Assembly: GCA_965242925.1 (NCBI GenBank)
Contig: CBDEUM010000029.1
Span: 352,001-416,000, forward strand
Direction: 5' to 3'
Source: Roseibacillus sp.
GTDB lineage: Bacteria; Verrucomicrobiota; Verrucomicrobiia; Verrucomicrobiales; Akkermansiaceae
DNA: 64,000 bases
Part shown: piece after piece, positions 10,000 to 18,504 of the stretch
Layout of the letters: each line of letters begins with the position of its first letter
How positions within the stretch are numbered: position 1 is the first letter of the stretch
Made by a program: the position numbers and the translations under genes
The notes under the pieces: generated by a model
The model's input: the letters and a program-made list of their open reading frames with translations, nothing else
Told to the model about the DNA's origin: nothing
Databases searched by the model: none

Positions 10000-11277
10000 A
10001 TGAATTCGAACAATCCGACTCGCAGGACTTTTATAGGCGGGGCCTCTGCAACCGCTGCTCTTGGGACCTTTTCCAGCGTGCAGGCCCAGGGCGGGGGAGC
10101 CAATGACAAGCTGGTGGTGGCCGTGATGGGCATGGGGCGCGGAGGGGCGCTGGCCCAGAGCTTTCACGGGTTGCCCAATGTGGAGGTTGCCATGGTGTGC
10201 GATGTGGACAAAAAGCGGTCGGACTCCGCAGCCGGAAACCTGGGCCCCAAGGTGGAATCGGTGACCGACTTCCGCCGCATCCTCGACCGGAGGGAGATCG
10301 ACATTCTCGTCATTGCGACCTGCAACCACTGGCACGCTCCTGCCGCGATCCTGGGGTGCGAGGCTGGCAAGCACATCTACGTGGAGAAACCCTGTTCGCA
10401 CAACCCGTACGAAGGCGAGTTGCTGGTGCAGGCGTCCCGGAAGCACAAGTGCTTGGTGCAGCACGGGACCCAGCGCCGGTCCTGGCCCAAGATCGTGGAG
10501 GGGATCCGTAAACTCCGGGAAGAGAAGGTGATTGGCCGCGTCTACCGGGCGGACTGTTTCTATACCAACCGCCGGGGTTCAATCGGAAGGGGCAAGGCGG
10601 CAGCTCCTCCCGCTCACATTGATTACGATCTCTGGCAGGGTCCCGCTCCCCGGCGCCCGTACAAGGACAACCTGCTGCACTACAACTGGCATTGGCACTG
10701 GCACTGGGGAAATGGCGAACTGGGCAATAATGGCGTGCACTTTCTTGATGTGGCGCGCTGGGGCATGGGTGTCGACTATCCCACCCGCGTGAACTATGCG
10801 GGCGGACGCTATCGTTACGACGATGACCAGGAGACTCCCGATACGAGCGATGTGACCCTTGAGTTTGGAGAGAGGGGACAGATCAGTTGGCGGGCCACCA
10901 GTTGTTCTCCATTCCAGCCGGCGGAGAGTGGCACCTTCGTGACCTTCACGGGGGAGAACGGCAGCATGGTGATCCGGAACCAGGGCTATGTCCTTTACGA
11001 CGGATCAGGCAAGGAAGTGACACGGGAAGACGGCCCCGGTGGCAATGATGTGCACACCGGGAACCTGGTCGCAGCCATCCGCAACGGAGTGCCCCTCGCT
11101 TGTGATGCTGAAACGGCCCATGTGAGCTCCCTGCTGTGCCACCTGGGCAATATTTCCCACCGGGTGGACCGGCTCATGAAATGTGATCCGGGAGCGGGAG
11201 GCCAGATTCTGGGAGATCAGGAGGCGAGGGGTTACTGGAAACGGGAATATGAACCCGGTTGGGAACCGAAGGTGTAG
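10000..11277 (+). CDS. Gfo/Idh/MocA family oxidoreductase with Tat signal
   Basis: TRRTFI Tat motif; GMGRG; NHWHA; GKHIYVEKP; DLWQGPAP; NNGVHFLD. Confidence 0.92.
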   Translation: MNSNNPTRRTFIGGASATAALGTFSSVQAQGGGANDKLVVAVMGMGRGGALAQSFHGLPNVEVAMVCDVDKKRSDSAAGNLGPKVESVTDFRRILDRREIDILVIATCNHWHAPAAILGCEAGKHIYVEKPCSHNPYEGELLVQASRKHKCLVQHGTQRRSWPKIVEGIRKLREEKVIGRVYRADCFYTNRRGSIGRGKAAAPPAHIDYDLWQGPAPRRPYKDNLLHYNWHWHWHWGNGELGNNGVHFLDVARWGMGVDYPTRVNYAGGRYRYDDDQETPDTSDVTLEFGERGQISWRATSCSPFQPAESGTFVTFTGENGSMVIRNQGYVLYDGSGKEVTREDGPGGNDVHTGNLVAAIRNGVPLACDAETAHVSSLLCHLGNISHRVDRLMKCDPGAGGQILGDQEARGYWKREYEPGWEPKV

Positions 11278-11304
11278 AACGATCCGTTTGAACTGAGGCA
11301 GCAA

Positions 11305-12051
11305 TCAGATCCTGTCGCGCTGCTGCCGTTCCGCTTCACGGCGATAGGCTTCCTGAGCTCTGGCATCCACTTTTGCATTCACGGAGTAGAAGATAAATCC
11401 GAGTGCATGGCGGGTGCGCGATGGCGAGGAGTTTCCGTCGGCGCGGTGAATGGTAAGAGAGTGGTGGGCAAGAAGATCGCCCGGAGAGGCGGGCATGGCC
11501 TCTTCGGCAGAGAGGTCTGCAGCGTTGCCAAAGTCGGTCATGCCCTGGGAGAATCCCAGGGTTCCACTTGGCCCGTGGGGACGCAGGCCGTTTTTGTGCG
11601 AAGCCCGGACATAGTGAACACAGCCGTTCTCTTCATCCACTTTCTCCAGGGCCAGCCACATGGTGAGAGCTTCGGGTGGATCGAGTTTGAAATAGTATCC
11701 GTCCTGGTGGGGTGGAGTGGGTTGGCCCACGCCGGGAGGTTTGTTGAAAAACTGCATGTTCTGGGGGATCACCTCCGTGCCGAGGAGTTCCTCTGCAAGG
11801 GATCGCGGCTTGCCGTTCATTAATTCTTCGAACCACGGGTTGTGTTCGTGAAGCCGTTGGAGCTGCTTGAGGGTGGAGCGCTCCTCCTTATTCTCATAAA
11901 ACACGTGGTCCCGCGGAAGATTCGGAACTTCCCTTTCGATGAACCGGTTGAGTTCCCCCAAACAGGTGGCGACCTCATCTGCGTTGAGGAATCCTGGGAC
12001 GGCAAGAAAGCCGTCAGCCAGAAAGCGTTGGCGGACACTTGATGGGTTCAT
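11305..12051 (-). CDS. Phytanoyl-CoA dioxygenase (PhyH) family Fe(II)/2OG oxygenase
   Basis: FFNKPPG..PPHQDGYYF (HxD), WLAL..ENGC, H..TIHRADGN..R. Confidence 0.9.
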   Translation of the reverse strand: MNPSSVRQRFLADGFLAVPGFLNADEVATCLGELNRFIEREVPNLPRDHVFYENKEERSTLKQLQRLHEHNPWFEELMNGKPRSLAEELLGTEVIPQNMQFFNKPPGVGQPTPPHQDGYYFKLDPPEALTMWLALEKVDEENGCVHYVRASHKNGLRPHGPSGTLGFSQGMTDFGNAADLSAEEAMPASPGDLLAHHSLTIHRADGNSSPSRTRHALGFIFYSVNAKVDARAQEAYRREAERQQRDRI

Positions 12052-12124
12052 TTCCTAAATAATTCTCCAGGGTCGGCGGGCAGACAGTCTCCGGTGAAAT
12101 TCTGAATGTTACAAGTTCTGGGCG

Positions 12125-12541
12125 TTACCGCAGCGGTGCGGAAAACAACTCGATCAGGTAGCCGTCCGGGTCGTGGATGTAGACCTGCCGAAATCCGTCA
12201 GGTCGGGACTGGGGCCCCGCCGCGATGGGGATACCGGCGGACTGAAGCTGGTCGACCGCGACCGCACAGTCGTCGAGTTCAAAGGCCATGTGATGGCCAC
12301 GGGCGGGCATCGTCCCGGTGAAGCCGGCGGGTCCGGCGGTCCCCGCCTCATCGTTCTCGAAGATGACATGGATCTGGGTTTTGCCTGCCTGGAACCAGAG
12401 CCCGGGGAAGGGAAAGTCAGGACGGGGGACGGATCTCATTCCCAGGATCTCCTCGTAGAAGTGCCGACTGGCCTCCAGGTCCCGGGCGATCACCGCGACA
12501 TGATCTATGGCACGAACAGAAAGGAGCGAAGTATCTGACAT
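12125..12541 (-). CDS. VOC (glyoxalase/bleomycin resistance) family protein
   Basis: IDHVAV..DLEASRHFYEEILG, HHMAF, YIHDPDGYLIEL. Confidence 0.9.
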   Translation of the reverse strand: MSDTSLLSVRAIDHVAVIARDLEASRHFYEEILGMRSVPRPDFPFPGLWFQAGKTQIHVIFENDEAGTAGPAGFTGTMPARGHHMAFELDDCAVAVDQLQSAGIPIAAGPQSRPDGFRQVYIHDPDGYLIELFSAPLR

Positions 12542-12747
12542 GGGACGATGATGGGGAATCAGTGACCCGGGAAGAAAGGGAATTCGTGGGATTGCGAGCC
12601 AATCGTCCCGGGCGTTGTGCGCCTGTCTCTTCGGGTCCGTGGAGAATGAGGTTCCTCGGAGAGCTCGGCTCCCGGATTAAGAGGGCTGAAAATCGACTTG
12701 CCTTTCGAAGACCCGATGGCATTTTCGCCGCGTCCTGAACGGAACGC

Positions 12748-12822
12748 GACCCGTTCGTCTAGTGGTTAGGACTCCGCCCTTTCACGGCGGCAACACGGGT
12801 TCGAGTCCCGTACGGGTCGCCA
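12748..12822 (+). tRNA. tRNA-Glu (TTC)
   Basis: Acceptor GACCCGT/ACGGGTC, anticodon arm CCGCC-CTTTCAC-GGCGG, T-loop GGTTCGAGTCC, encoded CCA. Confidence 0.97.
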
Positions 12823-12837
12823 TTTCTTCTCCAACAG

Positions 12838-12887
12838 AAACCTCGCGCAACCCCAGCAAATATAGCGGTTGCGGGGTTTTTCTTTGT
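12838..12887 (+). terminator. Hairpin plus T-tract downstream of tRNA-Glu
   Basis: AAACCTCGCGCAACC pairs imperfectly with GGTTGCGGGGTTT and is followed by TTTCTTTG. Confidence 0.55.
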
Positions 12888-13008
12888 TCGGACGCCACCA
12901 GCGAAAATGCAGCAAGATGTCCCTAGATGTCAGCATTTGTCATTGATCTGGCCCCCCTAAACTGGGCCATTGTGAATGAGAGGTTCTGAGGATAACTCAG
13001 AACCAAGA

Positions 13009-13275
13009 ATGAAGAAAAAGAGGCACACGACGGAAGAAATCATCCGAATTCTACGCAAGGCGGATGAGGGCCAAACGGTGGAGGAGGTCTGCCGGGAAGT
13101 GAACATCAGCGAGCAGACCTTCTATCGGTGGAGGAGGAAGTATGGACGGATGGAAATGGCGGATGCCAAGCGCTTCAAGGAACTTGAGACCGAGAACTCC
13201 GAGCTCAAGAAGATGCTGGCGGATGAAATGCTCAAGAGCCGGGTGCTGAAAGCGACACTGGAAAAAAAGTGGTGA
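13009..13275 (+). CDS. IS3 transposase OrfA (HTH plus leucine zipper)
   Basis: MKKKRHTTEEIIRIL...VCREVNISEQTFYRWRRKYG...KELETENSELKKML. Confidence 0.93.
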   Translation: MKKKRHTTEEIIRILRKADEGQTVEEVCREVNISEQTFYRWRRKYGRMEMADAKRFKELETENSELKKMLADEMLKSRVLKATLEKKW

Positions 13276-14123
13276 GCGCCTCCGCGAAACGGCAGGCGGT
13301 GAAGCGGGTGGTGGAGGAAGGGGTTTGCTCGGAGCGCCGAGCATGCCGCTACCTCGGACTGTACCGCTCCAGTTGCCGATACCGCGCGCAGGAGGCGCTG
13401 GCAGAGACTCAAAAGCTGGTCAAGCGCATCGTGTGGCTGAGCCGGAAGTATCCGCGCTACGGCTACCGGCGAATCCGAGCCTTGCTGATGCGGGAAGGAT
13501 GGAAAGCGGGACGCAAGTTTGTGCAGCGCATCCGGAGGCTGGAAGGCCTTGGAATCAAGGGGCGTGGTCCTCGGCGGCGCCGCCGGGGCCATTCCACGGG
13601 CTCGCCCACCCGAGCGGGATTGCTTAACGAGGTGTGGAGCTGGGATTTCGTGCATGACCGTACCGACAACGGAGGGAGCTTGAAGATGCTGACCTTGATC
13701 GACGAATACAGCCGGCAGTGCCTCAGGATCGAAGTGGGTCGCAAGCTCAAGAGCAAGGACGTGCTCGACGCCCTGGCGGAGGCCATGGCCGAGCGGGGCG
13801 TGCCTCACCACATCCGTAGCGACAACGGTCCCGAGTTCATTGCCCGGGACGTTCAGGACTGGCTCGCGGAGATGGGTATCTGCACCATCTATATCGATCC
13901 GGGCAGTCCGTGGCAAAACGGGCATGTCGAGAGCTTCCACAACCGCCTGCGCGACGAATGCCTCAATCAGGAGATCTTTCTGAGCGTGACCGAGGCCCGC
14001 GTCGTGATCGAGGAATGGCGACGCTTTTACAACCGGGTCCACCCTCACAGCGGATTGGGCTTCCAAAGCCCGGACGCCTTTGCCAGAACCATGACGCAAC
14101 TAGAACCAGTCCCCGGAACCTAA
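13272..14123 (+). CDS. IS3 transposase OrfB (DDE integrase core), in the -1 frame to OrfA
   Basis: YPRYGYRR, WSWDF, RSDNGPEF, PWQNGHVESF; A7G slippery site at 13262-13269. Confidence 0.93.
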   Translation: MSASAKRQAVKRVVEEGVCSERRACRYLGLYRSSCRYRAQEALAETQKLVKRIVWLSRKYPRYGYRRIRALLMREGWKAGRKFVQRIRRLEGLGIKGRGPRRRRRGHSTGSPTRAGLLNEVWSWDFVHDRTDNGGSLKMLTLIDEYSRQCLRIEVGRKLKSKDVLDALAEAMAERGVPHHIRSDNGPEFIARDVQDWLAEMGICTIYIDPGSPWQNGHVESFHNRLRDECLNQEIFLSVTEARVVIEEWRRFYNRVHPHSGLGFQSPDAFARTMTQLEPVPGT

Positions 14124-14157
14124 CATTCCAACTGGCCCAAAAAGGGTGTCCCGATCA

Positions 14158-14417
14158 TGGGCCCGCGCGTGCTCCCAGTAGTCTCCCACGGTCGGGATCT
14201 TCCCAGGCGACCTGGTATTGGCGACACTGATTGATTCCTGGTGATACCTGCGAACTGCGACCTTCTTGTCGGTGGTGTGGAGGTTGATCCACCGGCCATT
14301 GCCCCCTTTCTGGCTGCGCAGGTAATACCAGTCCATGCCGTCCTTGAGATGCTTGGTGTAGAGCCCCCGATAGCCCGGCACCCGTTGGGCGCTGTTTCCC
14401 GTTGAGCAGCCGTTCAT
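14158..14417 (-). pseudogene. Probable N-terminal fragment of a tyrosine integrase, truncated by the IS
   Basis: RBS-like GGGGAGAGG before ATG; GLY..DWYYLRSQKGGNGRWINLHTTDKKVA resembles integrase N-terminal arm-binding regions; lies just downstream of tRNA-Leu and runs into the IS end. Confidence 0.5.
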
Positions 14418-14537
14418 CCTCTCCCCGCGCCCGCCAGCGCCCTCATTTGCCTCGGCCGAATATGCCATTCCTCCAGAGTAGGCACCCCTGTCCGAACTAT
14501 TCGGGATGGGGTGGGCCCTGGTGGGGTGCGGGCCTGA

Positions 14538-14573
14538 CGATTACTGTTTGAGCAGTAATCGGAGCAGTAATCG
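14538..14573. repeat. Direct plus inverted short repeats (candidate integrase arm-type sites)
   Basis: CGATTACTG (14538-46) is the reverse complement of CAGTAATCG inside tandem GAGCAGTAATCG x2 (14550-73). Confidence 0.6.
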
Positions 14574-14637
14574 GAATAACTTTTCCCCCGTGCGGAGGGA
14601 GACCCCAGGGGCCGTAAGGCACTGAAAGAAAGGAACA

Positions 14638-14720
14638 TACCGGGAACAGGACTCGAACCTGCACGTCCAGAGGACACCTGATCCTAAATCAGGCGCGTCT
14701 ACCAATTCCGCCATCCCGGC
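14638..14720 (-). tRNA. tRNA-Leu (TAG)
   Basis: Reverse complement GCCGGGATGGCGGAATTGGTAGACGCG-CCTGA-TTTAGGA-TCAGG, long variable arm, GGTTCGAGTCC, TCCCGGTA; CCA not encoded. Confidence 0.96.
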
Positions 14721-14730
14721 ATTGGGGGGA

Positions 14731-14758
14731 AGGCTAGGAGGTGGGAGGGAAATGACAA
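14731..14758 (-). promoter_or_regulatory. Putative sigma70 promoter of tRNA-Leu
   Basis: TTGTCA - 16 nt - TAGCCT on the minus strand, 10 nt upstream of the tRNA. Confidence 0.45.
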
Positions 14759-14797
14759 GGGGGCATTGGGAGAGGAGAGTCCGGATTTCCCGGGGCT

Positions 14798-15898
14798 TCA
14801 GGCGGGGCAGGGAAAGGGGAGCCCGGAACTGGTGGCACCCTTGGAGAATTCGAGGACGTGGAAGCGGGAGCCGAAGAAGGCCGGGTGGGTCAGGGTCTGG
14901 AACTGGCGCAGGAAATCCCGGTTGCTCCCCTCGGGGGAAAGATCGGAGAGGATGTCGCGAGCGAGGTGGACGAGGTAGCTCTCCTGGCGGGCGGAGCCGA
15001 GGGACTGCAGGCCAGCGGCGGCCGCCGCTTCCCGCACCCTGGTGAAGTCGAGGTGGGTGGTGAGGTCGCGTTGGCCCGGGGCGTCGAGGGGGTCGTCCCC
15101 GGCCTGGTGGTGGGCGTAGGTCTGCAGGGTGCCCTCGGTGCGGTCGGGGTGGTAGTAATCTTCGCGCTCGAAGCCGTAGTCGATGAAGAGGAAAAGGGCG
15201 TCTTCGAAGACCCCGGCTAGTTCGCGGAAGAAGGGGCCCAGTTGGAGGCACACCTCGGTGGAGTAGCCGTCCGGAAGATCGGAAGGGAGGGTCGCCAGGT
15301 GCTGCTGGAGGTCGCCCCCGGGAACTGGGGTCTCGGTCCAGGACAGGCTGTCATTTTCAAGGGTGACGAGGCGCTCGTTCCATGCCCCGCCGGAGGAGCG
15401 CACGAGGTGCACGGGCAGGGCGTCGAGGACTTCGTTGGCGAGGATCACTCCCCGTTCGGCCCGGTGGTCCGCGGGAGAGGCCACGATGTCGAGGCGGGCT
15501 TCTTTGGCAGCGGAGAAGCGGGCGGCGAGGGCCTCGCGCTTGCGGGCATTGTGTTCGCAGACGGTGTAGTGGAGGGAGCGGTGGAAGGCGGCGTCCATAC
15601 CGTGGGCAGCCCGCAGGATATCGAGGGCCAGGGAGCCGTCCTCGGGACCCAGTTCGAGGACCGGGAGGGAGGCGGGACGACCGTGTGCTTCCCAGGCCTG
15701 GTGGAGTCGGACGGCGAGGAGGCGGCCGAAGGCCTGGCCCACGCTCACACTGGTGGCGAAATCGCCCGTGCGACCGATCCGGGTGCGGGCGAGATTGCTG
15801 TAGTAGCCATGCTCCCCGTGGTAGAGGGCCAGCTCCATGAAGCGGGGAAAGGGGAGTGGGCCTTCCTGCTCGATGAGGGGACGCAGGACATGGTCCAA
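14798..15898 (-). CDS. SAM-dependent methyltransferase, MidA/NDUFAF7 family (start uncertain)
   Basis: FMELALY..GYY, GDFATS, LELGPEDG, ANEVLDALP, IDYG, DLTTHLDF. Confidence 0.88.
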   Translation of the reverse strand: MDHVLRPLIEQEGPLPFPRFMELALYHGEHGYYSNLARTRIGRTGDFATSVSVGQAFGRLLAVRLHQAWEAHGRPASLPVLELGPEDGSLALDILRAAHGMDAAFHRSLHYTVCEHNARKREALAARFSAAKEARLDIVASPADHRAERGVILANEVLDALPVHLVRSSGGAWNERLVTLENDSLSWTETPVPGGDLQQHLATLPSDLPDGYSTEVCLQLGPFFRELAGVFEDALFLFIDYGFEREDYYHPDRTEGTLQTYAHHQAGDDPLDAPGQRDLTTHLDFTRVREAAAAAGLQSLGSARQESYLVHLARDILSDLSPEGSNRDFLRQFQTLTHPAFFGSRFHVLEFSKGATSSGLPFPCPA

Positions 15899-15980
15899 TA
15901 GAGGGATTGCCCCGATCCCGGAAGAGGGGTAATTTTCCGGGACAGGGTGCTTACAGGGCCGGCTTGGATCCCCCGATTCC

Positions 15981-18470
15981 ATGGCGAAACAGAAAAAGAA
16001 AAACCGACGGAAGCGTCGTTTTTACAAGCGCAAACGGCTGTGGATCTTTCTTTTGCTCTGCATGTCGGCGGGGGTGGTAGGCCTGCGCGAAGCCAATGAA
16101 CGCCTCCAGCCCTACAAGGAGCAGGCCGCCCAGATCGACATTTCGACCATCGATGACGTCGAGATTCCGAGCCTGATCATGGACCACAAGGGCCGGGAAA
16201 TCGGGCGTATGTTCGTGGAAAACCGCAGCAAGGTATCCATCGAGAAAGTGCCCCAGAAACTGATTGATGCCCTCATCGCACAGGAGGACCAGCGTTTCTT
16301 CGAGCACGACGGAGTGGACCAGATCGGGGTGGCACGGGCGATCTGGCTCAACCTGAAGGCGGGGGCGGTGACCCAGGGCGCGAGTACGATCACGATGCAG
16401 CTGGCACGCAATGCATTTGACCTGAAATCCAAGGTGAAGGCTCGCGGACAGACCGGCATCGAGCGCAAGATCGTGGAGGCTTTCCTGGCCCTGCGTATCG
16501 AACAGCACCTCATGGACTCGATCGCGGCGAACTATCCTGATGAAGGGGCGAGCAAGGCGCGGATGAAGAGGATGGTGCTGGAGTATTACCTCAACCGCAT
16601 TCCCTTCGGCCATGGCTACTACGGGGTGCGATCCGGAGCGCTGGGCTATTTCGGGAAGGAGCCCATGGATCTCACCATCGAGGAGTGCGCCTCGCTGGTG
16701 GCCTGTGTGAAGAATCCCACCCAGATCTCGCCCCTCGCCAACAGGGCGAAGAACCGCAAGGCACGAGATCACGTTCTCAACCGGATGCTCGCCGAGGAGA
16801 TGATCACGGAGTCGGAATGGATGGAACTCTCCAGCAAGCCGGTGGTGGTGAATCCCAAGCCACTGCGAAAGGGCAAGTCGCACCTCTACGAGATCGTGGA
16901 TGACATCGCGCTGGAGAAGGTGGGGATCGAGGCGATGTCGCGGGGCGGGTTCCGGATCTACACCACCATCGACCGGGATGCCCAGAACCGGGCGGAGCGA
17001 AGCCTGCAGGCGCACCTCGCCCGGATTGAGGCCCGGTCGGAATACGGCCACCCGAAGCACAGCGAGTTCAAGGCGGCTCCGGGTAAGGTGCCCGCTTATC
17101 TCCAGAGTGCAGCTCTCATGATCGACTCGGACACGGGCAACGTGCTGGCCTACGTGGGAGGGCGGGACTACGCGCACTCGCAGTATGATTTCATTGAACT
17201 GGGCCGCCGTCCGTTCGGGACCACTTACCTGCCCGTTGTTTATGCGGCGGCCCTGGAATCCGGCCACCACCCCTGCACCACGATAAGGGACGAGGCGATG
17301 GATGCGCGGGCGGTCGCCGTGGGTGCCCAGGAAGGGATCCTGGGCGAGTGGGGCATGGAGGTTCTCAATCCGCAATACGAAGGCCGGATTTCAAGCAAGC
17401 GTGCGCTGGCCGCCTCCAAGCTGGCGGCGACCGTGCGCCTGGGGCGCGGGTTGAGCTTGGAAGAGGTGGCGGATCAGGCCAGGGCCTTTGGTCTCCCGGT
17501 GGGCAAGGGAGAGCTTCTCACCCGGATGCTGCTTGGTTATGACTCGGTCTCACTCAAGGAGGCGGTGCGGGCCTATTCTGCCATTTCCCGCAAGGGCGTC
17601 CTGCCGGGCGACCTGCGCTATATCGAGCGGATCGAGGATGCGGACGGGGAGGTGGTCTATCAGGCTGACCCTGCGGAGAAATCCGATACAGATCCTGCGT
17701 GTGACGAGATCACCGCCTACCAGATTCACGATATGCTGCGCGAGTCGCTGCAAAGCGGCAATCTGGCCACGGAAGCCTCCACGCTCAGGCAGCAACCCTT
17801 CACCGGGGCGGTCAAGACGGGGACCACTCACAAGTTCGCGGACGGCTGGTGCGTCGGCTACAACGGGAAAGTGACTCTCGGGGTATGGGTCGGTTTTCAC
17901 CAGGGCAAGGAAGCGATCTATGAAAATGCCTTTGGACGTCAGCTGGTCTTCCGCCCCTGGTCGGAAGTGATGAACGTGGCGGAGGACAGTTATCCCGGAA
18001 CAGAAATCGAGCCACCGGAGGGCCTCTCGCCGGTCAAGGTGTGCAGCGAATCGGGACTGCGTGCCACCCGTTATTGTTATGAGTCGGTGGAAGATCCGGT
18101 GAAGGGCAGGAGCTTTCGCTACACCGGGCACACCGAGTTGCTGCGTGCCGCCCGGAGGAAGCTCGGGCTGTGCGACATCCATGGAAAGGGAGGGATCGGA
18201 ACCAATGAGGTTCTGGAACGCTACGGTCCGCTCGCGGTGGAATCCGGTGACCAGCAACTCCTGCCCGTGGCACCCATCGTGCCGCAGACCAACGGGCTGG
18301 TGGGAGAGGATCCCTACAACTCGGAGTTGGTCAACCTGGAGGACGCCAACGGAGAGCTCAGCATATTCGTGAGGGGGCCGAGCCTGTTACTGGAGACCGA
18401 GATTCTGGGTGACGGCGATGACGGGGTGCCGCTGCATCGCCCCCGGAAGATCGAGATCAAAACGGATTGA
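15981..18470 (+). CDS. Class A penicillin-binding protein-like (transglycosylase plus degenerate transpeptidase domain)
   Basis: Basic N-terminus plus TM; GT51 motifs EDQRFFEHDG, GASTITMQL, RKIVE, YLNRI; KTGT present; SxxK region reads RRPFGTTYLP. Confidence 0.88.
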   Translation: MAKQKKKNRRKRRFYKRKRLWIFLLLCMSAGVVGLREANERLQPYKEQAAQIDISTIDDVEIPSLIMDHKGREIGRMFVENRSKVSIEKVPQKLIDALIAQEDQRFFEHDGVDQIGVARAIWLNLKAGAVTQGASTITMQLARNAFDLKSKVKARGQTGIERKIVEAFLALRIEQHLMDSIAANYPDEGASKARMKRMVLEYYLNRIPFGHGYYGVRSGALGYFGKEPMDLTIEECASLVACVKNPTQISPLANRAKNRKARDHVLNRMLAEEMITESEWMELSSKPVVVNPKPLRKGKSHLYEIVDDIALEKVGIEAMSRGGFRIYTTIDRDAQNRAERSLQAHLARIEARSEYGHPKHSEFKAAPGKVPAYLQSAALMIDSDTGNVLAYVGGRDYAHSQYDFIELGRRPFGTTYLPVVYAAALESGHHPCTTIRDEAMDARAVAVGAQEGILGEWGMEVLNPQYEGRISSKRALAASKLAATVRLGRGLSLEEVADQARAFGLPVGKGELLTRMLLGYDSVSLKEAVRAYSAISRKGVLPGDLRYIERIEDADGEVVYQADPAEKSDTDPACDEITAYQIHDMLRESLQSGNLATEASTLRQQPFTGAVKTGTTHKFADGWCVGYNGKVTLGVWVGFHQGKEAIYENAFGRQLVFRPWSEVMNVAEDSYPGTEIEPPEGLSPVKVCSESGLRATRYCYESVEDPVKGRSFRYTGHTELLRAARRKLGLCDIHGKGGIGTNEVLERYGPLAVESGDQQLLPVAPIVPQTNGLVGEDPYNSELVNLEDANGELSIFVRGPSLLLETEILGDGDDGVPLHRPRKIEIKTD

Positions 18471-18504
18471 GCAGGCTGGCGGACGGAAGTAGTTTACCGG
18501 GGCA

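Larger units (their letters stand above)
12944..14157 (+). mobile_element. IS3-family insertion sequence (IS407-like), 1214 bp
   Basis: TG...CA ends; left IR TGATCTGGCCCCCCTAAACTGGGCCA versus right IR (reverse complement) TGATCGGGACACCCTTTTTGGGCCA; orfA/orfB layout. Confidence 0.93.
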
